Source: a virus. From it: DNA of 57,257 bases. The position numbers and the translations under genes were made by a program. The notes beneath the pieces were generated by a model. That model was given only the letters and a program-made list of their open reading frames with translations. It had not been told where the DNA came from and did no database searches. The DNA is taken from IMG/VR virus record IMGVR_UViG_3300045988_170111, positions 1 to 57,257 of that record. The stretch is one strand, 5' to 3'. This document shows positions 45,589 through 54,582 of this stretch, in pieces; within the stretch, counting starts at the first letter, position 1, and each line of letters starts with the position of its first letter.

Positions 45589-45622
45589 ACAAAAAACAAT
45601 TTATTATACAAAGGAGTAAAAA

Positions 45623-46354
45623 ATGATTAACAAGTATATTGTTGTATGTCCGAATTGTGGTACAAAGCTGATTACGGTATGTTCCAATGCAGCTTCCGAC
45701 ACCTATTGCCCGCAGTGCTATCGGCAGTTACCTCCAGAGCTTTACACGAAAGAACGAAACAATGATGAGGCTCTGGAAATCATTGCAAACAACGAAGGTC
45801 TCAGTGAGGGCTTTGCTGAAACCGTTGTAAACCAGATGGCAAACGACGATGAAGCCCCGCACAATGCCGGTTCTCAGCTCGCGAGAGCTATCAGCGGCAA
45901 CGATGTGAACGATGCGCTGTTGGCATTGACTGGATGGTCTGTTGACAGTCTTCTCGATATGGTTTCGCCTGTTGTGATGGATTGCCCTGATGGTTTCGTG
46001 AACTTTACGGGTATGACATCGCTGATTCCTGAATACGCTTCCGCTATCGTGGAGGTGTTTGAGAACTACCTCGATTCGCTCAACGTTCGTATTCCTTGCA
46101 AAAGTCCTGATGAAGAAAAGGAAAGGGGATACGGAGACAACGACGCGGCGCTGTACGGCAGCGAATACTGGGAGATTGTCGATAACATCGAAGCATGGTT
46201 GAACCAAAACGAAGATGAAGCCTGCAATCTTTCGGATTACTTTATCGAGACAATCAACGAGTTCCTTGATAACAAGGGGTTCGGAAAGTACAAACCGGAT
46301 GCAGAACAGTGCGGCAAGATTAAGGAGAAGGTCGATGCCATCCTGAAAGCCTGA
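45623..46354 (+). CDS. acidic protein with N-terminal zinc ribbon
   Basis: 243-aa ORF with CPNCG...CPQC. The remainder is strongly D/E-rich. Confidence 0.7.
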   Translation: MINKYIVVCPNCGTKLITVCSNAASDTYCPQCYRQLPPELYTKERNNDEALEIIANNEGLSEGFAETVVNQMANDDEAPHNAGSQLARAISGNDVNDALLALTGWSVDSLLDMVSPVVMDCPDGFVNFTGMTSLIPEYASAIVEVFENYLDSLNVRIPCKSPDEEKERGYGDNDAALYGSEYWEIVDNIEAWLNQNEDEACNLSDYFIETINEFLDNKGFGKYKPDAEQCGKIKEKVDAILKA

Positions 46355-46363
46355 TATCGGGTC

Positions 46364-46391
46364 TTGCGTTTTGCTGCAAAGTGAATACAAT
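46364..46391 (+). promoter_or_regulatory. early promoter cassette PE9
   Basis: TTGCGT-TTTGCTGCAAAGTGAA-TACAAT. Confidence 0.7.
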
Positions 46392-46458
46392 GAAAACACT
46401 AAGATAAGTCAAAGTATCATCCGATAGATTTATTTTAGTTCGTAATCTGACAAAGAAG

Positions 46459-46494
46459 CAGCCATCTCCTTCGAGAGGTGGCTGTTTTTATTTT
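46459..46494 (+). terminator. leader terminator after PE9
   Basis: CAGCCATCTC-cttcga-GAGGTGGCTG followed by TTTTTATTTT. Confidence 0.75.
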
Positions 46495-46511
46495 ATGAAA
46501 AGGAGTCTGCT

Positions 46512-47270
46512 ATGCTTGTAAAATTGCTTACCTATACCCCCGAACCCGATAAACTTGTAGCTGCTGCTGCAAAACTATGTTATTCCGATGCCCATATTGA
46601 AACCATTATGGACGGTTTGACCCCTGAAAAAACCGATGCGTTTTTGAAAAAGCTGAGTTCCATGGGACATCAGAGTCCTACTGAACACGCTTATTTCACC
46701 TTCGGTATTGAAGGCGTTTCACGAACGCTCCTCGCTCAAATCACGCGGCATCGAATTGCCAGTTTCAGCGTTCAGAGTCAGAGATATGTTCGCCTCGATG
46801 ATTTTCGGTATGTGATTCCTCCTGTCATTGAAAATGACCCGGAGGCAAAAGCAACATTTATCGAAGCGATGAATCGAGATGCCGAAAACTATCTTAAGGA
46901 AGTTGAGCGTCTTGAAGTTATCCACACAAAAGTGCTTATGGAAAATGGTGCTTCCGAAAAGGATGCTAAAAGAATGGCTTCTAAGTTTGCAAACGAAGAT
47001 GCACGATTCCTTTTGCCCAACGCCTGCGAAACCAAAATGGTTGTAACGATGAACGCAAGAAGTTTGCATAACTTCTTTGCTATGCGTTGCTGCAATCGAG
47101 CGCAATGGGAAATCCATGAACTTGCGGACAGAATGCTGGTTGAGTGCAAAAAAGTCGCTCCGAACCTATTTTTGGATGCAGGACCGAAATGTATGTTCTC
47201 TTCGTGTCAGGAAGGCCCCATGTCGTGCGGAAAAGCAAAAGAAGTAAGAGAAAAGTACAAGGCACTGTAA
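46512..47270 (+). CDS. thyX: FAD-dependent thymidylate synthase
   Basis: ThyX signature RHRIASFSVQSQRY. 252 aa with an AAAGGAG RBS. Confidence 0.9.
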   Translation: MLVKLLTYTPEPDKLVAAAAKLCYSDAHIETIMDGLTPEKTDAFLKKLSSMGHQSPTEHAYFTFGIEGVSRTLLAQITRHRIASFSVQSQRYVRLDDFRYVIPPVIENDPEAKATFIEAMNRDAENYLKEVERLEVIHTKVLMENGASEKDAKRMASKFANEDARFLLPNACETKMVVTMNARSLHNFFAMRCCNRAQWEIHELADRMLVECKKVAPNLFLDAGPKCMFSSCQEGPMSCGKAKEVREKYKAL

Positions 47271-47285
47271 TACGGAGGTGCATCT

Positions 47286-47522
47286 ATGCTTATCAAAAGT
47301 ATCATGTGGGATACGAACAATGACAACGAGGCTCTTGCTTCTTTGCCGGATGAAATCGAAACCCCGAACTTTTTACATCAGGAAGACTACAAGACGATGG
47401 ATGACTTCTTTGCGGCCGTCGCTGAATGGCTGATTTACGAATTTGGCTGGTGTCATTTCGGATTTCAGGCTATTGTAAACGATAACACCTATGATGTCTC
47501 CTATTCCTATACCCCTGATTAA
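47286..47522 (+). CDS. hypothetical protein
   Basis: 78-aa acidic ORF with a CGGAGG RBS. Confidence 0.65.
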   Translation: MLIKSIMWDTNNDNEALASLPDEIETPNFLHQEDYKTMDDFFAAVAEWLIYEFGWCHFGFQAIVNDNTYDVSYSYTPD

Positions 47523-47552
47523 ATACTCTATAACAAGAAAGGAAATTAAATT

Positions 47553-48125
47553 ATGGGACATACGATTCAACACTATGATTATCCCGGAAATGCAGATACG
47601 AAAAAAGTGGAACAGGAGTTGGCGAACTATGTTGCCAAGAGATGCTTCCAAGAGGGAGGTCATCTCAGCAAAATCCGTTGGATTGATTCTGAACCATGTG
47701 CCAATGAAGATGAAGCACGCATAAAAATCGAGCACTTAGATAAGGGATGGTATGATTGCATCGCAGTAAAATACTATGACGCTTACAATATACCCGAAAC
47801 GGAGAAAATTAAGGCGCTGCGAGCAGCCAACACACAAGCCTATTGCAAGTACAACGAACTTGCGTCTGCATTCCATTTTACAAATGCAAAAGCGGAATAT
47901 ATCGGCTGCAAAAATTGCGGCTCCAAGATTGCGCGAAAGTACCTGCGAAGAAATTTTTGCCCTGTTTGCAATGCCGATTTGCGCCCAGAAACAACGCTCA
48001 ACCGCATTGCTGCTCTTAAAGCAAAGGCAGATAAGAGTTCGGATACTCTTAAGGCAGAACTGACAAAGCAGGCAATGAAAGCAAAAAATGTGCGCTGGTT
48101 GGTTAAAATCGAATTTCACGAATAA
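47553..48125 (+). CDS. hypothetical protein with internal zinc ribbon
   Basis: 190-aa ORF with CKNCGS...CPVC. Confidence 0.65.
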   Translation: MGHTIQHYDYPGNADTKKVEQELANYVAKRCFQEGGHLSKIRWIDSEPCANEDEARIKIEHLDKGWYDCIAVKYYDAYNIPETEKIKALRAANTQAYCKYNELASAFHFTNAKAEYIGCKNCGSKIARKYLRRNFCPVCNADLRPETTLNRIAALKAKADKSSDTLKAELTKQAMKAKNVRWLVKIEFHE

Positions 48126-48157
48126 ATAATAAATAGAATGAATGAGAGGAATTAAAT

Positions 48158-48823
48158 ATGAGTGGTACGAGAATTAAAGTCCTTTTTCCTATTGATGAAA
48201 ATGTTCCAATGAACAAGTGCTATGAAGCAACATCAAACGAGTCGATGTACAATGCCTCTACGCTCGATGTCCTCGAAGACGAAGCCGAGAAAGGGCATAC
48301 CTTACGGGATTGCCTGCACAGCGGTAATGAGTGCTTGAAAAACAAGGTACTCGAATATATCTACGACACCATCGTGAATATGTTCAACTGTACTTTCGAG
48401 AATACGAATGACGGCATTACTGGTACGGACGGTTTGTATGCTGTGAGTGAAACATTCGACAAAAGCCTTTGCAACATCTTGGGCGAGGATGTGCCTGACA
48501 GCATTCTGCAGATTGCATTGGATATGCAAACTGACAACTTGACTGCTGTCGAAAACAAGCTCGAAAAGATGCAAGTTCTCGGAAAAACTGTGAACCAGAA
48601 ACTGATTTCCAGTTTAGCAAGAACGCTGGAAGAGAATAATAATGGCTATCTCATTGCAGAAGCTGCGTTCATTATTTCTGGCGGCGTTACTGCCGACTGT
48701 TACAGCGCGTTCCTTGCTCCGAACAGTTACAAGCTGAGAGCGTGGCCGAATCAGAAACAGATGAAAGATATCATCAATCATCCTGAAAAGTACGCTGTGT
48801 TTTCTATTCAGTTCAGCTATTGA
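48158..48823 (+). CDS. hypothetical acidic protein
   Basis: 221-aa ORF with a GAGAGGAA RBS. Confidence 0.65.
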   Translation: MSGTRIKVLFPIDENVPMNKCYEATSNESMYNASTLDVLEDEAEKGHTLRDCLHSGNECLKNKVLEYIYDTIVNMFNCTFENTNDGITGTDGLYAVSETFDKSLCNILGEDVPDSILQIALDMQTDNLTAVENKLEKMQVLGKTVNQKLISSLARTLEENNNGYLIAEAAFIISGGVTADCYSAFLAPNSYKLRAWPNQKQMKDIINHPEKYAVFSIQFSY

Positions 48824-48836
48824 TTGGGAGGTTTAC

Positions 48837-49586
48837 ATGGATAATACAATCGTTTCTCCTGCCGAATACTTCGAACAGGTAAAAAGTCGAAAGCAGACGA
48901 TGACGGCTGCCGGACTTTCTCAGTTATATGAGAACTGCCTTGCTCTTCTCGAAGAGTATCAGCGTTCCGGACAAATTGCTGCACAGAAGAAGCTGCTTTT
49001 CCACATCGACAATATCACACGAGAAAAGAAGCTGCTTGACCTCGGCATTGATACCTTTGTCTACAAGAGTGATGTGGACGATTTCATCCACATGGTAGAT
49101 AACAAGGTTGTTAAAATCGTGGAGCTGGAAAATTACCAGCGGCGGATTCCGGAAGAAATCATTCAGAGAATCGAACGCTGCAAGGGTATTTTCGATAAGA
49201 TGTATGTAGTCTTTACGGATTACACAAAACGCGAAGAGCGAAGAGTCGAGGCCATCAAAAGAGAAAAAGACCCCATTCTTTTTGGAACTTTCCAAGATAC
49301 CGCAACAAGAACCGTGGTAGAACGCTTTTATTTCATCGGCGATTGGACGGATGAATATTGCGATTTAACATTGGATAAAATGGTTGCTGTTGTCAAAGAA
49401 AAGGCCGACAGGGACATCGTAAAGAAGTTCTCTACGCCGGAAAGCATCCGCGAGTTGAGCGACCAGCTTAACAATCTGGATGAGTCCATGAATGGGTTGT
49501 ACCGCCAGCGCGAAAAGGCTCCTGCGCCCAAGAAAGGGTTCTTCGACCGAGTACGCACAGCGTTTCGTTCTCTGAAAGGAGAATGA
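48837..49586 (+). CDS. hypothetical protein
   Basis: 249-aa ORF with a GGGAGG RBS. Confidence 0.7.
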   Translation: MDNTIVSPAEYFEQVKSRKQTMTAAGLSQLYENCLALLEEYQRSGQIAAQKKLLFHIDNITREKKLLDLGIDTFVYKSDVDDFIHMVDNKVVKIVELENYQRRIPEEIIQRIERCKGIFDKMYVVFTDYTKREERRVEAIKREKDPILFGTFQDTATRTVVERFYFIGDWTDEYCDLTLDKMVAVVKEKADRDIVKKFSTPESIRELSDQLNNLDESMNGLYRQREKAPAPKKGFFDRVRTAFRSLKGE

Positions 49587-49587
49587 A

Positions 49588-50007
49588 ATGGCAAAAGTGG
49601 ATTTGACCGAGGATGAAGTCTATTCGCGGCTTCGCTCTGTTTCTAATTCAAAAGGAAACGGCATTTACGATGCTTTACGTTCTGCCGATATTCCTTGGGA
49701 CTTTTCTTCTCCTTTTACTTTGCTTCGTGTCGTTCGCACAGAAGCAGAATTGACACCGCTGGTTTTTACTGGTGATGCAGAGACTGTCAACTTTATGAAA
49801 GAGGTTGCGGAGGTAGAAGAAGGGAAAAGATGCGATTGCTGCGGTCAACTTATCACAACACCCTTATGGGATATGCCCTATGGTTCATTGTGCGATGAAT
49901 GCAGCAAGCGCCTTGACGAGCAGGTTCACGGCAAATATGAAACGCCTTGGCAAAAAGTAGAACAGGGAATGGAAGAGCGTTCCGTTCCTTGGTGGTTTGA
50001 CCTTTGA
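49588..50007 (+). CDS. hypothetical protein with CxxC pairs
   Basis: 139-aa ORF with CDCCG...CDEC. Starts 1 nt after the upstream stop. Confidence 0.65.
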   Translation: MAKVDLTEDEVYSRLRSVSNSKGNGIYDALRSADIPWDFSSPFTLLRVVRTEAELTPLVFTGDAETVNFMKEVAEVEEGKRCDCCGQLITTPLWDMPYGSLCDECSKRLDEQVHGKYETPWQKVEQGMEERSVPWWFDL

Positions 50008-50024
50008 TGTCAGAGAGGAAATAA

Positions 50025-50489
50025 ATGAGTAGATGGAATGTTTTTTGTAACGAAAACGCTCCTTATCGTATTTATTATCGCCAAATTGAGATTGATGGAT
50101 ATGAGATGTATGTCATGTTTCCATTGCCAATGACTGGCATGGAATGTGGCTGGGCAGTATCGCATGGTGCAACTACGGCAGCTACCATTCAGGAAGCTGT
50201 TCAAAAGTTTTATCCCTTTATGGTAGAGTATATCTGTGATAAAGAGGATTCCGACAACGATACACAGCAATACATTCTCAAAAACCTCAACTCTCTTGGC
50301 AACTCAGTGGATTTTTGGGGCAGAAAAAATGACCGTCAGCATGTCATTGATGGCATGAGCGCAGCGCAGAAATCGCAGCTTTTGTGCTACATTCTGCGAA
50401 ACCATGAAGCCTTTGGCAAGATGACTTGTCGTGACTGGCAGAATTGGCTGCTGGATGACGCTGAACCTCAGTTTGGCATCTGGTTCTGA
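50025..50489 (+). CDS. hypothetical protein
   Basis: 154-aa ORF with an AGAGAGGAA RBS. Confidence 0.65.
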   Translation: MSRWNVFCNENAPYRIYYRQIEIDGYEMYVMFPLPMTGMECGWAVSHGATTAATIQEAVQKFYPFMVEYICDKEDSDNDTQQYILKNLNSLGNSVDFWGRKNDRQHVIDGMSAAQKSQLLCYILRNHEAFGKMTCRDWQNWLLDDAEPQFGIWF

Positions 50490-50548
50490 TAACAAAAAAC
50501 GACAGACAACATTCTGACCCAGAACAGAAAGAAAAGGAAAATTATTAT

Positions 50549-51214
50549 ATGAGTTACGGTTTTAGTATGGGCTTCGCGCATGCAGACAGTTTGCAGGAAG
50601 CCATGAAGATTGCGCTGGAATATACGCAGTCTCAGATGACAGAAAAGAATGTCAAAAAGACCATCAAGGACAATCGGTATTATATTCCATCGGTTCGTAC
50701 CGGATACATTGCGGATGCAGAAAGCAAAACACGCAGGGCTGATGTGCTTGCAGATACTGCCGACAGATATTGGCTCGAAGCGCTGTTTACCTTTCGCTTT
50801 CTGTATTGGGAAGAGCACAAGCTGCTCGGTATCGTTATGATGCCGTCTGAAAGTGTAAGCGAAAAATGGCCGCTCAGTGTGTATTTTCAGAACTCCTGCG
50901 ACCATGATTATCCGTTTTCCGAATGGAAGGAAGGCAATATCCCGTTCTTTATGAACGCCGCTGCAAAAGCTGAAAACTATACGGCAGAAGAAATCCGTGA
51001 AAAGGTTGACTACGAAATCGAAGATGATGACATCGAATATTTTCGGCGCAGCACCTGCTATGATGATATTTTCGAGACCCTCGCCTTCGATTCGTGGCTT
51101 TATAACCATGATACGGATGTGCCGTTTGTGACCTTTGCTCTACAGGGAATCCGGAATGAAGCAGAGCGATACCGGTATCTGCAATGGTTGAAAGATGATA
51201 TCATGAAAATTTAA
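50549..51214 (+). CDS. hypothetical protein
   Basis: 221-aa ORF with an AAAAGGAA RBS. Confidence 0.65.
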   Translation: MSYGFSMGFAHADSLQEAMKIALEYTQSQMTEKNVKKTIKDNRYYIPSVRTGYIADAESKTRRADVLADTADRYWLEALFTFRFLYWEEHKLLGIVMMPSESVSEKWPLSVYFQNSCDHDYPFSEWKEGNIPFFMNAAAKAENYTAEEIREKVDYEIEDDDIEYFRRSTCYDDIFETLAFDSWLYNHDTDVPFVTFALQGIRNEAERYRYLQWLKDDIMKI

Positions 51215-51223
51215 TGTATATGG

Positions 51224-51252
51224 GGCCGCTTCGTTTTGAAGCGGCCTTTTTC
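51224..51252 (+). terminator. intrinsic terminator
   Basis: GGCCGCTTC-gtttt-GAAGCGGCC followed by TTTTTC. Confidence 0.8.
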
Positions 51253-51271
51253 AGTCATCTCGAAAATGATG

Positions 51272-51299
51272 TTGCGGTTTGCTGCAAAGTTACTATAAT
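51272..51299 (+). promoter_or_regulatory. early promoter cassette PE10
   Basis: TTGCGG-TTTGCTGCAAAGTTAC-TATAAT. Confidence 0.7.
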
Positions 51300-51371
51300 T
51301 TAGATAAATGATAAGTAAAAGTACACGGGTCAAACCGCGTATACCATAAAATCTAAATACGTCATGGGAAG

Positions 51372-51405
51372 CGTCTATCTCGATTCGAGATAGGCGTTTT
51401 TTATT
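51372..51405 (+). terminator. first leader terminator after PE10
   Basis: CGTCTATCTC-gattc-GAGATAGGCG followed by TTTTTTATTT. Confidence 0.75.
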
Positions 51406-51418
51406 TATCGTTAATCGG

Positions 51419-51448
51419 GAGTGTTCTTAGCAGAACGCTCTTTTTTTG
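51419..51448 (+). terminator. second leader terminator after PE10
   Basis: GAGTGTTC-ttagca-GAACGCTC followed by TTTTTTTG. Confidence 0.65.
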
Positions 51449-51466
51449 TTAAAAAAGGAGATAAAA

Positions 51467-52651
51467 ATGACCAACAACAACATTCTGACCCCGAACAGCG
51501 AATATTGGAAGGACAACGCAATCGAAACCTTTAAGGGCAACAGCGACCTCTTCGTTGACTTCTTGCAGGAGCGTGACCGTCATTCGGCATGGATTGAAAC
51601 GCAGATTACTGATGTTCAGTTCGAAGCTATGTTTGCGGAGCCGATGTACATTGCAGATGATGCAAAGAAGTACAGTATTCCCGCAGAAATCGTGCAGGAA
51701 GCCGCCAATAACAGTAAGCTGTACGGTGTCGTTCGCGGCAAACATATTCCTGTTGGACTTGCCGCCACGGAAAGTCTGATTGGATATTCCAAGCTTATCC
51801 GTGAAGGATACAGCTGGATGCGCCGCGTCAATCCCGTTAATCTTGCGAAGGCAATCAATAACGGCATTGACACGATTCGGTACGATGACCGCCGCTCCAC
51901 CAAATGCCTTGTAAAGGTTGGTGATGAGATGGTTCGTTCTGTCGTTTCCGCTCGTTACGCGCCGATGCCGTCTGGCGACCTGTTCAACTACATCAATATG
52001 GATTATCTGCCTGAGAACTGGGAGAAGGCCCAGTTTATGTCTGGATATTGGACGCATGAACGCGTTCGCGGTATGTGGACTTTGGCTGAGTATCGTGACA
52101 CTTTCATGAAAACCATCGGCATGAATGAGCTTCTGGCGGGTTTTTTCCCGGCATTGTCTGTGGAGAACTCCGACACGACTGCTTCTTCCATCAAGATGCG
52201 TCCGATGTTCATTCGTGATGATGGCTATGAGTTCCCGTTGCTGAACAAGACTCGTACCATGCATATCGGTGCCGAGACAATCCATGAGCGTTTGGAATCC
52301 GACCTGCGAATGGTCTTTGCCAACTTCAAGGATTCGGAAAATATGCTGTTCGAGCTTGCAGCTACACCTATCACGTACGGCTACAATACCCTGACGCACT
52401 GCCTGAAGCAGTCTAAGGTGAACATGCCTGTTGAACAGGCGCGAGAGGCAGCTCAGGTATTCTTTACGGATAAGGGCAACGGTCCTTGCACGGCAATGGA
52501 TGTCTACATGGCAGTCTGCGATGCATACAACTATGTTGTCCGCGACTATCCCGAAGATAAGTTGAAGATTACGCGTGCTTGTGATGCAGCCGTAAGTGCA
52601 ATGCAGAGCCCGTGGCAGCTCCTCGACAAGGACACCCCGGCTAACCTGTAA
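51467..52651 (+). CDS. hypothetical protein (possibly DUF932-like)
   Basis: 394 aa from MTNNNIL behind AAAGGAG. The family guess comes from general sequence flavour only. Confidence 0.6.
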   Translation: MTNNNILTPNSEYWKDNAIETFKGNSDLFVDFLQERDRHSAWIETQITDVQFEAMFAEPMYIADDAKKYSIPAEIVQEAANNSKLYGVVRGKHIPVGLAATESLIGYSKLIREGYSWMRRVNPVNLAKAINNGIDTIRYDDRRSTKCLVKVGDEMVRSVVSARYAPMPSGDLFNYINMDYLPENWEKAQFMSGYWTHERVRGMWTLAEYRDTFMKTIGMNELLAGFFPALSVENSDTTASSIKMRPMFIRDDGYEFPLLNKTRTMHIGAETIHERLESDLRMVFANFKDSENMLFELAATPITYGYNTLTHCLKQSKVNMPVEQAREAAQVFFTDKGNGPCTAMDVYMAVCDAYNYVVRDYPEDKLKITRACDAAVSAMQSPWQLLDKDTPANL

Positions 52652-52671
52652 ACAAACAAATAGTCAATTTA

Positions 52672-52707
52672 CCCCGTTCAATAAGAACAGTTGAACGGGG
52701 TTTTTTA
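52672..52707 (+). terminator. intra-operon terminator
   Basis: CCCCGTTCAA-9 nt-TTGAACGGGG followed by TTTTTTATT. The RBS of the next gene lies 5 nt downstream. Confidence 0.85.
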
Positions 52708-52726
52708 TTGAAAGGAGAAAATCACA

Positions 52727-53968
52727 ATGGGTTTTGACGGAACCAGTAAAAGCAGTCGCGCACATGGTCAGAGCATTCGGTATTGGGAAGCTACTTCTCC
52801 GTATCTGGATGCGCTGAAAGCCAAGGTCATCGATGCCGCATCTAAGCGTGCAGTTGATTTTCTTGACCCGCTGAACTATCCCGGCCCCGATGTTCTTGTG
52901 GACGCCGCATCGTTTGTGGACGATGAAGTGTCTACGGCAGAGGAAAAGTGGCTGGCTCATCGCCGTCTTTATGTCGGCGGTTCGGATTGCAGCGCGGTGC
53001 TTGGTAAAAACCATTACAAGTCCAATCTGGATTTGTATTATGACAAAATCGGAGCCAACCCCATCCCGAAAGAGGAGACGGACGGTGAGGATATCAACCT
53101 CATTACCGCATGGGGGCATATGGCCGAGGAGTATGTCGGGCTGTGGTATCATGTACAGCATCCCGATGAGGAAGTCATCACCGATACGAATATGTATACG
53201 ATGGCAGGTCACCCTTACATCGGCGGTGATGTTGACGGCATTATTAAGATGCCTGACGGTCACTATGCTCTGCTCGAAATTAAGACCACAAGTTTCTTTA
53301 ATAGAGAAGCATGGGCAAACAACGCCATTCCTGTTCCTTACGAGATTCAGCTTCGCCACTATATGGCTATCATGGGTCTATGGGAGGCAGTTATCGTATG
53401 TATGGTTGACCGCGATACATTCTATGTTCGTCATTTGGTTCGTGACCTTGATGCGGAATACGCGCTCGTGAAAGCTGTTGATTCCTTCTGGAAAGACAAT
53501 GTCGAGAAGCATCACGAACCGAAGCCTTGCGGTACGCCGGAATCCATCATTAAGGCGCTTCGCAAATACAAGCTCGGCAACGGTATCGATAAAAAGATTC
53601 CCAATATCAAGCTCGGCGATGAGTTTTATACGAAATGCGTTGAGTATGATACGGTGGATGAACGGTACCGCGAAGTCAAGGCGGAAGCCGACCGTTTGGA
53701 TAACTTGCGCAAGGAGATGACGATTCCGCTGATTCAGGCGATGGGTCAGGCTCCTGATGCGTATACCACAAGTCCTGACGGACAGACGATGTTTGTGCTG
53801 AAACAGACAGTCAGAAAGACTACTTCTTCCGACAGGAAGTACGCGGAAGCAAATCTGCCTGAGGATGTTTACAACAGAATCTTTACGACGAAAGTCAGCG
53901 CACCGTCGCTCTCTATCAAGAAGAGCAGCTGTGCTGGCAAGGTAGGTATTCCGCAGATGAATCCGTAA
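52727..53968 (+). CDS. YqaJ/lambda-Exo-like (PD-(D/E)XK) recombination exonuclease with N- and C-terminal extensions
   Basis: GGSDCSAVLG...GDVDGII...ALLEIKT motifs occur in YqaJ order. The 413-aa ORF is longer than a typical exonuclease of about 200-320 aa. Confidence 0.7.
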   Translation: MGFDGTSKSSRAHGQSIRYWEATSPYLDALKAKVIDAASKRAVDFLDPLNYPGPDVLVDAASFVDDEVSTAEEKWLAHRRLYVGGSDCSAVLGKNHYKSNLDLYYDKIGANPIPKEETDGEDINLITAWGHMAEEYVGLWYHVQHPDEEVITDTNMYTMAGHPYIGGDVDGIIKMPDGHYALLEIKTTSFFNREAWANNAIPVPYEIQLRHYMAIMGLWEAVIVCMVDRDTFYVRHLVRDLDAEYALVKAVDSFWKDNVEKHHEPKPCGTPESIIKALRKYKLGNGIDKKIPNIKLGDEFYTKCVEYDTVDERYREVKAEADRLDNLRKEMTIPLIQAMGQAPDAYTTSPDGQTMFVLKQTVRKTTSSDRKYAEANLPEDVYNRIFTTKVSAPSLSIKKSSCAGKVGIPQMNP

Positions 53969-53992
53969 AGATATTACGAAAAGAGGAAATGA

Positions 53993-54160
53993 ATGTATAA
54001 AACCTATGAAGTCATTTCTGCGTATATCAAAGAAAAAGAAATCAAAGCTTACGAGGATGGAAGACGCGTTGCTGATATCGTAGTTTCCGATTGCGATGTC
54101 GATGGTGCGTGCAAAATTCTGGAAGCACTCGGCTATCAGCAGTTATACCGAGCGCGTTAA
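53993..54160 (+). CDS. hypothetical small protein
   Basis: 55 aa (MYKTYEVISAYIKEKE...) with an AAGAGGAA RBS. Below the ORF-track size cutoff. Confidence 0.45.
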   Translation: MYKTYEVISAYIKEKEIKAYEDGRRVADIVVSDCDVDGACKILEALGYQQLYRAR

Positions 54161-54176
54161 TGAAAGGAGAATAAAA

Positions 54177-54572
54177 GTGGCAAAACAGAAGACGAAGACC
54201 AAGGCAAAACGCCACGTCAACATCTTCTGCATTGCTCCGAACAGTGACGCTTCTCAGCGGGAAAAGTTTGGCATCGGTCTGGCACTTAAAGGCATTCGGG
54301 CCAAGTGTTTTACAGAAGACGATGCCAGACTCGCTGGAGCGGATTACATTATCCGAACCTCGATTATCGAGGGGATTATCCGTGCCGCCGATATCGTCAC
54401 CGTTGACGGTGATGAGGTGACTCCCGCTATGCTGAATCAGATTCAGAAAGCGGTTGAGATGAATAAACCTATCTGGTGCGCAGAAAGCGTGAAAGCAGCT
54501 GTTCGAGACAGCAATGTGAAATGTTATCCCGGCAAACTCGATGAGTTGTGCTGGTTTATTATAGATAACTGA
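54177..54572 (+). CDS. hypothetical protein
   Basis: 131 aa from a GTG behind AAAGGAG. Rossmann-like alternation, but no family assigned. Confidence 0.55.
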   Translation: MAKQKTKTKAKRHVNIFCIAPNSDASQREKFGIGLALKGIRAKCFTEDDARLAGADYIIRTSIIEGIIRAADIVTVDGDEVTPAMLNQIQKAVEMNKPIWCAESVKAAVRDSNVKCYPGKLDELCWFIIDN

Positions 54573-54582
54573 GGAGAGAGAA

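Noticed and set aside
51449-52399. 316-aa minus-strand ORF, plus similar antisense ORFs at 39567-40376, 41749-42627, 45728-46399, 50468-51109 and 52664-53359
   Set aside because: All lie opposite well-supported plus-strand genes with strong RBSs in a uniformly plus-strand arm. Composition is Arg/Cys/His-rich and typical of shadow frames.
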